Positions 28,192 through 36,616 of a DNA stretch of 64,000 bases are shown piece after piece. Within the stretch, counting starts at the first letter, position 1. The number at the start of each line of letters is the position of its first letter. The stretch spans positions 58,609-122,608 of IMG/VR virus record IMGVR_UViG_3300032213_003338. One strand, written 5' to 3'. This DNA is from a virus. The notes under the pieces were generated by a model, which was not told where the DNA came from, did no database searches, and was given only the letters and a program-made list of their open reading frames with translations. The translations under genes were made by a program, and so were the position numbers.

Positions 28192-28848
28192 TTACGGATC
28201 TTCTTCAGTCTCAGTCGCTGGCGGAACTAGGCTTATTGGGTTTGCTGATATAATTCCCGTTATTATTCCTGGGTAGGAAATGGAATTAAATAAGGCGATG
28301 TCTTCTGCGTAATACCCCTCCAAAACGGCTGTCTGCTCGGCTGTAAGGGTTGGCTTTGGATAAGATGCTGCATTTATTTGAGGAAGCGGTAGTATAAAAC
28401 CGATCTCTGCAGAGGCCTCATTTATATGTTCTGGAAATTTATAAAGTTTGGTATTAACATCGACCCACAGTATTTGAGGTTTAAAATGTAGATTAATACT
28501 AGCATTTATTTCTCTAGCTTTCACTGTTCCAGATACAAATTTTGATCCGTTGATTAATGAGTCAATTACAGCGTTAACATCAACAGTGTGGAATTGCGCC
28601 ATTGCCGATCGAAATCTTTCTAGCGGATTTCTTATCATTGCAAGTATTGGTTTTGATGGATACTTTTCTCTTTTCACAAAACCTTGCCACATTGAGTTGT
28701 CTGAATTTTTACCAACAGGATATGAGGCAGTTGTTATAAGCAACTCCTCCTCTGTTTGAAAAGCTTTAATTACAGCACGAGAAATCGTTGAACAACCAGA
28801 TTTTGGTATAAATGCTACGCTATAGTTGGGTGTTATAAAATAAGTCAT
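28192..28848 (-). CDS. Sulfotransferase family protein (Sulfotransfer_2-like)
   Basis: PAPS-binding FIPKSGCSTI, IRNPLERFRSA, HFKPQ, YYAEDIALF. Confidence 0.75.
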   Translation of the reverse strand: MTYFITPNYSVAFIPKSGCSTISRAVIKAFQTEEELLITTASYPVGKNSDNSMWQGFVKREKYPSKPILAMIRNPLERFRSAMAQFHTVDVNAVIDSLINGSKFVSGTVKAREINASINLHFKPQILWVDVNTKLYKFPEHINEASAEIGFILPLPQINAASYPKPTLTAEQTAVLEGYYAEDIALFNSISYPGIITGIISANPISLVPPATETEEDP

Positions 28849-29753
28849 TATGGTGCTATGTTAAGTACTGTGTACCCCTTATTAGTTGCAATCAAAATGT
28901 CAGATGCGGTTAAAGATGCTGCGCCTATCGTACCAGAAACATCAAGATAGCCATTTCCGTTTGCAAGATCATTAAAAAATTGAACTATTGCCGTTCTATC
29001 TAAATTTGAACCATCAAATTCGGCACCTCCAGAAAAATTATTATAGTCAGAATAGTATAAAAGATTTAGCGCGCAGTTTTGCGCTCTAATCGAAGTTATT
29101 GCACTGCTCTTAGTATCAATGTGGTATAACGCTAAGAAGTTGGAAAGATCTATAGATGTAAACGATGTACAGGTTGACAATTCAAATTCTTGTAATGTGT
29201 TTTTTACATTATCTAGGCCGTTTAAAGTAGTAAGGGTTGTACTGCCAGATATTGAAATGATCCTAGCTAAGCTTCCAGGTGGAATTGAAATAGATGTAAG
29301 TGAAATGTTACTAAGATATAAATATTTTATTCTTCCATTGTGTGTGTACGACGTTAAATTAGCTCCTGCATCACAGGCAAAAGTCTCAAGTTTAGATAAA
29401 CCAAGAACATCAACATAACTTATTGGCGAATAACTGTTGTTGCCAAAAGAAATACTGCTTAATTGGCCAATCTGAACACCAGATGAGTTTGTTGGTATAA
29501 TTGAAAATCTTTTTTCATCTGTTGTATTATATGGGGCAGAAATAGCCTTTGATGCGCTTGAGACACCAAAGCCAGGATTATAAAGATTGGATGTTCCATC
29601 CCACCAATTAACTTTAAACCATCCAGTGTAAGAACCTACTTGAAATGAACCAATTGCTCCAAATGTACCAGATGATCTCTTTGTGCCGAACTCTGCTATT
29701 TCTGCTCTTGGATTATATGTTAACCGGGGCGCTGCGCTTGGTATTACAATCAT
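28848..29753 (-). CDS. Leucine-rich-repeat virion/receptor-binding-like protein
   Basis: VNWWDG N-domain, LRR-like LxxLxxLxL repeats, C-terminal IATNKGYTV cap; coupled to the fiber gene. Confidence 0.6.
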   Translation of the reverse strand: MIVIPSAAPRLTYNPRAEIAEFGTKRSSGTFGAIGSFQVGSYTGWFKVNWWDGTSNLYNPGFGVSSASKAISAPYNTTDEKRFSIIPTNSSGVQIGQLSSISFGNNSYSPISYVDVLGLSKLETFACDAGANLTSYTHNGRIKYLYLSNISLTSISIPPGSLARIISISGSTTLTTLNGLDNVKNTLQEFELSTCTSFTSIDLSNFLALYHIDTKSSAITSIRAQNCALNLLYYSDYNNFSGGAEFDGSNLDRTAIVQFFNDLANGNGYLDVSGTIGAASLTASDILIATNKGYTVLNIAP

Positions 29754-31864
29754 ATTCCGAGTGTTCCTGCTAAATTATAGACATTGCTAGCATAGCATAG
29801 TACGCTTGCAGATCCGTGCTGTCCTAGTATTTTGTTTCCAGATGCGTAGCAGTTGACTGTCGCTCCAGATAAGCCAGTACAGGTAACCTGTCCAGTTCCA
29901 AGTTGAATTATTGTGGCATTAAATCCAATATCTAGGCCAGTTGGTATTCTTAGCGTGTGTGTGGCGGCGCTATCAAATGTTATTATTCTGCCGTTGTCCG
30001 AAGCCTGAAGAGTGTATCCGGTTGCGGTTTGCGCGTTTATTGCGTTTGATGTTATTCGGTAGCCGCTTGCAGCTAGCATGTGTCCAGTTGACTGAACGCT
30101 TGACCAACCAATAACAGACCCTGTTGCTCTAACATCAACGCTTGTTAGTATTGACTGAGCTATTGCTCTTAGTGGGCCAGAATCAAGAATAACTCCGCTT
30201 GAATTAGACCCTTTAAGGATAAGCCCACCTAGAGTGTTTCCGATTGTTATTTGGCTATTACCAAAAGTTCCGTTTGTTCCAATATTTATTATCTTGTGGC
30301 CACCAAAAATTGAGTTTGTTCCAATATCTATAAACCCAGTACTGCTACCAACGGTTGTGTCTAGTTGCAGACCACCGATTGTTATTCCTGTCGCGTTTGG
30401 TCCTATTACGTTTGTTCTACCGTTTATTGTTACCGTGCCGGTAGACGCTATGCTTGGACCTATCGTTATGTTTGTTGTCGCTGAGCCAACAGAAGCACCA
30501 GTGCCGATGTTTATTGTCTTTGTTACACCAGCCCCGTTTGCGCCAGCGCCAATGTTTATTACACTGTTTGATGTAACGCCACCGATTGTTATACCTGTTG
30601 CGACACCGCACATCGTTAGAGATGTGGCGGTTGCGTCAAATACTGATACTGTCGTTGAAGTTGTACTTATCGTTCCGTCATTAACTGCAAGATCACCAAC
30701 AACTACGACACCTGTCGCATTACCTATTAATACACCACTGGCAGACGCGCCTATATTAACCCTTGAAACGTTTGTGTTAAAGACGCTTGCTGTACCAACA
30801 AGCGGGGTTATTATGTCTGGAGTTCCTAGAGTAAGCGTTCCAGAAGCCAAAATGTTGTTTGGAACATCGTTTGTTCTACCTGGACCAAGTACTATGATTT
30901 GCCCATTGCTTACGTTAGATCTTGCGACGCGACCAATGTTCTGTACCAAAATACTTGCGCCAGTCGGCCTGATATTTGTTACCCATCCAGTTGAGTTAAC
31001 GAAAACGCTGTTACCAACAGTAAACGCTGATGTATCAGTGTCATTTAAAACGCCAACGACGACAACGTAACCAGTTGCGTTTACGGCCAAAGACTGGGCA
31101 CACAACCCAACCGCTGGCATTTTTGCAGTGGTATCAGCACGAGCAAGCTGAATTTCAATAACATCACTAGCCCCAACGTTTCCTGATATGAAAACTGGAT
31201 CACCTTTACGTAGCGTTACTGAGTCTGTGTTTTTACATGCTTTTAAAACAGCGCCGTCCATGTCACCTGTAATGTGGTCTACAGTTAGCGCCTTTGTGAT
31301 CGTTACGTTTCCAGGAAAAGTGGTTGTCGTATTTCCATGACCTATACGTACAGCATGTGGTGTTGGGTAAAGGTATCCTGTCGAAGCGGTAAGTGTATCA
31401 ATAGTAACAGCGAGAGATCCAGTAGGCTCAATCGCAACATTGTTTGACTGTGTTCTAAAAATTAAATCACCAGAGTCGTTTCCGGCGATCTCTGAGTATG
31501 TATTGTTGTAGCTTCTACCTGTTATCCAATGACTCCACGAGGTCGTCGGGTCTTCTGACGCAAAAAGATTAAGTGCCCCTATATTAACGCTTGAGACACC
31601 GCTTACATGTATCGATCCACTAACGTAAATATCCGGATCAAGACCTATTGTTGTCGATCCAGTTGCTTGCGTAACGTAAATACCGCTTGTTGAGCCGGAT
31701 ACAGCGGTAACGCCCTGGTTTGTGATTTCTACTGGATTTCCTGATGCGTTACCAACAAAAAGTTTTTTGTCTGTTATGTTTACCGCAAGCTCTCCCTGCA
31801 GCAAAGAACCGCTAGCTGGCGTGGATGTGGAAGTTGTGGAGTTTTTTGTCTTTATTCTTGCCAT
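29750..31864 (-). CDS. Tail fiber/decoration protein
   Basis: N-terminal GELAVNITDKKLFVG, cement-like LRKGDPVFISG...MPAVGL domain, xxIxIG beta repeats, C-terminal YTLQASDNGRII domain. Confidence 0.75.
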   Translation of the reverse strand: MARIKTKNSTTSTSTPASGSLLQGELAVNITDKKLFVGNASGNPVEITNQGVTAVSGSTSGIYVTQATGSTTIGLDPDIYVSGSIHVSGVSSVNIGALNLFASEDPTTSWSHWITGRSYNNTYSEIAGNDSGDLIFRTQSNNVAIEPTGSLAVTIDTLTASTGYLYPTPHAVRIGHGNTTTTFPGNVTITKALTVDHITGDMDGAVLKACKNTDSVTLRKGDPVFISGNVGASDVIEIQLARADTTAKMPAVGLCAQSLAVNATGYVVVVGVLNDTDTSAFTVGNSVFVNSTGWVTNIRPTGASILVQNIGRVARSNVSNGQIIVLGPGRTNDVPNNILASGTLTLGTPDIITPLVGTASVFNTNVSRVNIGASASGVLIGNATGVVVVGDLAVNDGTISTTSTTVSVFDATATSLTMCGVATGITIGGVTSNSVINIGAGANGAGVTKTINIGTGASVGSATTNITIGPSIASTGTVTINGRTNVIGPNATGITIGGLQLDTTVGSSTGFIDIGTNSIFGGHKIINIGTNGTFGNSQITIGNTLGGLILKGSNSSGVILDSGPLRAIAQSILTSVDVRATGSVIGWSSVQSTGHMLAASGYRITSNAINAQTATGYTLQASDNGRIITFDSAATHTLRIPTGLDIGFNATIIQLGTGQVTCTGLSGATVNCYASGNKILGQHGSASVLCYASNVYNLAGTLGI

Positions 31865-31938
31865 TACATTAAATATACACGAAATTACCGCTGAGCACTT
31901 TACAGATCTACAAGATCCGTCTAAGTGTATTATAGCAT

Positions 31939-32577
31939 ATGGGGAGCAATGAAAGCAGGGTTAAAGATTTTATCGCTCACGTTAAGGCTGTAGCAAAAGA
32001 GCACGGAGTAGTTGTAAAAATAAAAAATAGCAACAACGTCAGGGAGCCTGCTGGAAACACTCTTTGTTGTGGTTATTTTTTAGATTCTGATAATGAAAAA
32101 ACAATAGTGATTGCTCGCGGCAATCGCCCTTTGCACGAATGGCTCGGTTTTTTAGTGCACGAATACTGCCACATGATGCAGTGGATAGAGCGATCTCCGG
32201 CTTACACGAATACATTTTTGAAAGACGGCGAGGACGCCACCTATAAACTTTCTCTTCTTGAAAACGGCGAAGCAAACTACAATAAGCGATTACGTCGTGT
32301 TTATACCAAAAAAACTATTGCCTGCGAGCTTGACTGCGAAAGGCGTGCCGTTAAAACTATAAAGAAATTTGGGCTTCCAATAAACGTTGAGATGTACAAG
32401 CGTTCTGCCGCGATAACGCTTTACAAATACTGGGTTCTTTGTAACACTGGTAAGTGGATTGGTGATTCTTTTGAGAGAAAAAGATCGCTCATAAATAAAG
32501 TAAAACCGTCCCTAAAGGGGCGGTTTAATTGTGTGCCGAAAGAAATAGAGGTGGCTTTTTCTTACATTAACAGATAA
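31939..32577 (+). CDS. HExxH metallopeptidase-like protein
   Basis: LVHEYCH...ELDCE; GTGTAT-N8-ATG. Confidence 0.7.
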   Translation: MGSNESRVKDFIAHVKAVAKEHGVVVKIKNSNNVREPAGNTLCCGYFLDSDNEKTIVIARGNRPLHEWLGFLVHEYCHMMQWIERSPAYTNTFLKDGEDATYKLSLLENGEANYNKRLRRVYTKKTIACELDCERRAVKTIKKFGLPINVEMYKRSAAITLYKYWVLCNTGKWIGDSFERKRSLINKVKPSLKGRFNCVPKEIEVAFSYINR

Positions 32578-33118
32578 GATGCTGTAGGGCTTTTCTTGCC
32601 ATGACCTTTTCTCTTTCGCCACACACGGTGCTAATCCAAGTATAAGAGCATCCGTCTCTATAAAAATCTAAAATTTGCTGGCCCATTACGGCTTGACTGA
32701 AGCCTAAATTGTTTACACTTGGCGTGCCTGAAATAGCATTGTTCAAACAGTCGCATTCGGCTTTTCTTGAGGCTTCTGCTCTTTGCGCTGGGGTTGCGTT
32801 TTGTGGCAATGCTGCAACCACAGAGTTTGCATACGATTGGCATTTTGCAATTATTATGTCACCCTTCGTAAACTTTTTTGTTGAACAAGGGTTGTTATTA
32901 TTTCTTTTAATGTCTTTTGCGCACGGATCAGATCCAGGGCTTCCAACAGATCCAGACAACTGTTTAACCGCTGCGCATATTTTATTTATGCTTAACTGCG
33001 TGGTTCCATCTATGCAACAATTGCAACTAGAAACAGGCGCTGTATTTGGGGCAATTCTAGTTGATTGTTGTGCCAAACCAACAAAGTGTTTACGTATTAT
33101 TTGCTCTAATTTTTTCAT
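32567..33118 (-). CDS. Leader-bearing Cys-rich protein (12 Cys)
   Basis: MKKLEQIIRKHFVGLAQQ leader, Pro linker, then CNCC. Confidence 0.7.
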   Translation of the reverse strand: MKKLEQIIRKHFVGLAQQSTRIAPNTAPVSSCNCCIDGTTQLSINKICAAVKQLSGSVGSPGSDPCAKDIKRNNNNPCSTKKFTKGDIIIAKCQSYANSVVAALPQNATPAQRAEASRKAECDCLNNAISGTPSVNNLGFSQAVMGQQILDFYRDGCSYTWISTVCGEREKVMARKALQHLIC

Positions 33119-33743
33119 TGTTTAATTCTTGTTCTTCTAATATTTCGGATTCAGCCTCTGACCACGTGTCTGGCCAGTGATAATAGGAGCCTGTTCTTAA
33201 ATGAGCCATCCATTTTATAATTTGCTGTAATGTCCAACCTCTTTGCAAAGCCGCACATACCTCTCCTACGATAGTTGGACTCCACACGTTTTCTGTTAGA
33301 CCATTTGTTATAGAAATTGCGACTCTGATAACAAGCTGCTCTGCGTCAGACCCAAGAGGAAGATTAAGAGCATTTACAAATGTCCATATTATTGATTTAA
33401 TAAGCTCTGAAACCACATCTGTCTGCCTTCCCCAATAAAACCACAAAGACAGATCGTATAAAAAGCTCTCAATGAGCGTAATGTTTACAACAAGCATTTC
33501 AGCCAATTGTTGCGTAAACCCAAGTCTGTTTACCAAAAAATAAATTATCGCGTTATTTATACCGCCAAATCTTTGGATTATTGAATCAATTACACTTGAC
33601 ATCCATAAATCAAACTTTGATGGGGATGACAAAGAATGTGTTGGTGTTGCGTCTATAGGCACATTTGGTTCGTCAAAACGGGTAGGAAAGCTCTCAGCTG
33701 CCGCGTTAATGTGTTTTATTATGCCCAATCGCATTTGATCCAT
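33090..33743 (-). CDS. Leader-bearing hydrophobic helical protein
   Basis: Start MDQMRLGIIKHINAAAE set by GTGTAT-N8-ATG; Pro-rich linker. Confidence 0.65.
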   Translation of the reverse strand: MDQMRLGIIKHINAAAESFPTRFDEPNVPIDATPTHSLSSPSKFDLWMSSVIDSIIQRFGGINNAIIYFLVNRLGFTQQLAEMLVVNITLIESFLYDLSLWFYWGRQTDVVSELIKSIIWTFVNALNLPLGSDAEQLVIRVAISITNGLTENVWSPTIVGEVCAALQRGWTLQQIIKWMAHLRTGSYYHWPDTWSEAESEILEEQELNNEKIRANNT

Positions 33744-33749
33744 AAAATT

Positions 33750-33769
33750 AAATACACGAACACTACAAT
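33750..33769. promoter_or_regulatory. Divergent promoter pair
   Basis: GTGTAT on - strand (33752-33757) and TACAAT on + strand (33764-33769), followed by N5 and ATG 33775. Confidence 0.55.
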
Positions 33770-33774
33770 CGTGC

Positions 33775-34413
33775 ATGAACAAGCGAAATTTCGTTGTTTA
33801 CGATATTGAAACTACAGGCCTAGATTATGAAAATGGCGCCGAAATAGTTCAGATAGCGGCAATAACACTGAATTATTCAGATTATGAAATATCAAAAACG
33901 ATTCCTGAATTTTGCATCACTGTACAACCACAAAGTCCTGAAAAGGCTGACGCAAAAGCAATACAAGTAATTGGACAAGATCTTTGGTCAAAAGCGCAGT
34001 CAGAGGGCATGCATCCAAAGACAGCCCTTAGAAAATTTAAAGAATATCTTTCGATATCAAACCCCTCGGAAAATCCATGGGAATATCCAATAATTGTAGG
34101 ATACAATAACTGTAATTTTGATGACAAGTTTGTTGAGTACTGGATGCGCAAATACAAGATAATTAATGGAAAAAACGACTGCCCCTGGTCAAACATAAAG
34201 CTCGACATGATGCCCATGATGTTTTCTATTTTTGGCAGGGATAATCTTAAAAATAACAGGCTAGACACTTACGCCGGTTTACTTGGTATGAAAAGGACAT
34301 CTAGTACTCACGATGCTCTTGAGGACGTGAAGATTACTGCGGAAATGTTTAAGCGGTATATGTCATTTATGAACTTTAAGATCAGACCTAAGATCAAGAT
34401 AACAGCTGGGTAA
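33775..34413 (+). CDS. dnaQ: DEDDh 3'-5' exonuclease (Pol III epsilon-like)
   Basis: DIETTG, GYNNCNFD, HDALED. Confidence 0.88.
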   Translation: MNKRNFVVYDIETTGLDYENGAEIVQIAAITLNYSDYEISKTIPEFCITVQPQSPEKADAKAIQVIGQDLWSKAQSEGMHPKTALRKFKEYLSISNPSENPWEYPIIVGYNNCNFDDKFVEYWMRKYKIINGKNDCPWSNIKLDMMPMMFSIFGRDNLKNNRLDTYAGLLGMKRTSSTHDALEDVKITAEMFKRYMSFMNFKIRPKIKITAG

Positions 34414-34416
34414 AGT

Positions 34417-35961
34417 ATGTTCAACATCGAAGAAGTAAATTTTAAAAACGATAAAACGTGGCGCCTAATTCAAAGCGGAAACACCGGTGGTGTCTTTCAG
34501 CTAGAAAGCGAACTTGGAAAACAATGGGCGGCTAAGATAAAGCCAAAAAACATTAACGAGCTTAGCGCCGTTCTAGCTCTTATTAGACCAGCATGTCTTG
34601 AATCTGGAATGACAGAAAAATACGCAAGAGTAAAGAACGGTCTAGATGTCGCGCACAAGTTTGGAGACGAGGACGTTGATCGTATTCTACAGCCAACAAG
34701 CGGTGTTCTTATTTATCAAGAACAGCTAATGAAGTTTGGTGGGGAAATTGCCTGGAGAGAAATGCCGTATATTGATCGCCTTGTTATTGTTGACAAGCTG
34801 AGAAAAGGCATTGGCAAAAAGGACTACAAGGTAATTAGCGAACTAAGAGAAAAGTTCGTGTCTGGATGTGTAAAAAACGGCAAAACAAAAGACTTGGCAG
34901 AGCAGCTTTTTTCAATGATTGAAAGCGCTGGAAGATATGCTTTTAACGATGCGCACGCAAAGAAATACGCTGTTTGGTCTTACAGAACAGCGTATATGAA
35001 AGCAAACTTTCCATATGAGTTTTATTGCACGTATTTAACATATTCAAAGGCTAGACAAAGATCCAGAGAAGAGCTTCATGATATGATCAATGAAGCAAAG
35101 CTTTGCGGTATAGAAATAATTCCACCGACAATTACAGACTCGTCAAAAGATTTTAAAATTGTCAGTGATAATAAATCAAAGAGCATCATATTTGGACTAA
35201 GTCACATAAAACAATTTGGTGAAAAAGACTGGGAGACAATAAATAATAACAGGCCCAAGTATTTTTCTGACTTCCTAAATTTAGCATACAGGGAGAAAGA
35301 CTCTCTGCGTTCTCTTGGTGTAGAATCTCTCATAAAGAGCGGCGCATGTGACATATACGGAATTGGAAGAAAAACAATGCTTGATGTAGTTAGCGCCATG
35401 AATGAACTAACTCCGAGAGAAATTAAATATGTTGTTGAGGAGATTTGTAAAAATGGGCCAAATAATTCAGTAGCTCTAGTAAAAGAAAAGATGATTGAGT
35501 GCTCCGATGCTATTAGCACCAAAAAGAGAAAGCCAATAGTTAAATCTGAGGCTGATGCCATAGACGAAAACGCAAAGGATACAACTGATTGGAAGTCTTC
35601 TAGTGAGCAAGAACTTTTGTCTATTGCAATGACCTGCAGCGCAGTGGATGAGTACAAAGATGTATGTGATTTTACATGCAAAGATTGCCATAGAATGCTT
35701 AGGAACAATAAAGGTGTTACGAAAAGAGTTATTGCCTCTATTGTAGATACAACATTTACAGTAACAAAAAAGGGTGAAAACCCAGGCCAAGAAATGTGTC
35801 AAATAAATATTACCGATGCAAGTGGCAGCATCAGAGTCGTTGTTTTTCCAAATTCTTACGCAAAACATAAAGCAAAAATTAGAAAGGATGGCAAATATGA
35901 ATTTACAATAAAGGGGACTGGTAGTGGATGGTCCGTAGAGTCTTTAACAGAAATAACGTAA
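34417..35961 (+). CDS. dnaE: DNA polymerase III alpha, C-terminal part (fingers, HhH, OB) of a split gene
   Basis: GVFQLES, ALIRP, LIYQEQLM, LRKGIGKK, YAFNDAHA, FGLSHIK, LIKSGA, OB fold ITDASG. Confidence 0.92.
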   Translation: MFNIEEVNFKNDKTWRLIQSGNTGGVFQLESELGKQWAAKIKPKNINELSAVLALIRPACLESGMTEKYARVKNGLDVAHKFGDEDVDRILQPTSGVLIYQEQLMKFGGEIAWREMPYIDRLVIVDKLRKGIGKKDYKVISELREKFVSGCVKNGKTKDLAEQLFSMIESAGRYAFNDAHAKKYAVWSYRTAYMKANFPYEFYCTYLTYSKARQRSREELHDMINEAKLCGIEIIPPTITDSSKDFKIVSDNKSKSIIFGLSHIKQFGEKDWETINNNRPKYFSDFLNLAYREKDSLRSLGVESLIKSGACDIYGIGRKTMLDVVSAMNELTPREIKYVVEEICKNGPNNSVALVKEKMIECSDAISTKKRKPIVKSEADAIDENAKDTTDWKSSSEQELLSIAMTCSAVDEYKDVCDFTCKDCHRMLRNNKGVTKRVIASIVDTTFTVTKKGENPGQEMCQINITDASGSIRVVVFPNSYAKHKAKIRKDGKYEFTIKGTGSGWSVESLTEIT

Positions 35962-36011
35962 TTTTATAGTGAAAGTCAAGTCAGATAACTACAATAAGGC
36001 ACAGGTACAAC

Positions 36012-36440
36012 ATGTCAAATTTTAACAAAGTCGTTTTAGTAGGTAACTTGGTTAGCGATCCAGAACTAAAGGAAATCGGAGACAACAACAGTGTTGTTCG
36101 TTTCAGAATGGCGATTAATCGTCGCTACACCACGAAGTCTGGTGAAAAGAAGGAAGAAACCACATACATTGATTGCGAGATGTGGGGTTCTAGAGCTGGG
36201 GTAATCTCTGAATATCTAAAGAAGTCAGATCCAATTCTTGTAGAAGGCCATCTGAAGCAAGAGAATTGGGAAAACAAGGACGGCGAAAAGAGAAGCAAGA
36301 TCCTTGTTAGCATCGAAGACTTTGAGTTTCTTTCAAAGCGAGGGTCCGGTGATTCACAACAGAGTGAATCAAAGCCAGCGCAAAAGATTACAAAAAAGTC
36401 TACTCAAAAGCAGTCTGATCTTCAGGACATTCCGTTCTAA
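36012..36440 (+). CDS. ssb: Single-stranded DNA-binding protein
   Basis: NKVVLVGNL..DPEL, VEGHL, acidic DIPF tail; TACAAT at 35990. Confidence 0.96.
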   Translation: MSNFNKVVLVGNLVSDPELKEIGDNNSVVRFRMAINRRYTTKSGEKKEETTYIDCEMWGSRAGVISEYLKKSDPILVEGHLKQENWENKDGEKRSKILVSIEDFEFLSKRGSGDSQQSESKPAQKITKKSTQKQSDLQDIPF

Positions 36441-36616
36441 TGTCATCGATTAAGATAATCAAAATTCTTGAGATCTTGCAGGCCAGGGGTTTACTCAAAG
36501 CCCCTGGCCAGCTTGATTTACTTGCTGAAGAAATTGAAAAAGAGCTTAACCTTTCATCGAAGGCGAGCACTAAAAACTTAGGAAATTTTAAAGGGTTTAC
36601 TACAGGTGAGCGATAA
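36440..36616 (+). CDS. 58-aa hypothetical protein missing from the ORF track
   Basis: TAATG coupling to ssb; MSSIKIIKILEILQARGLL...GER; overlaps the next start. Confidence 0.55.
   Translation: MSSIKIIKILEILQARGLLKAPGQLDLLAEEIEKELNLSSKASTKNLGNFKGFTTGER

Noticed and set aside
30234-31070. 278-aa + strand ORF and similar antisense ORFs (35202, 56434, 62200) plus off-frame 10830
   Set aside because: They are shadows of strongly supported genes, with mirror-image composition and no motifs.
23235-35961. Split intein or intron joining the dnaE halves
   Set aside because: No intein N-terminal C/S block or HN-C/S/T end at either junction, and no room for a group I/II intron core next to either half.
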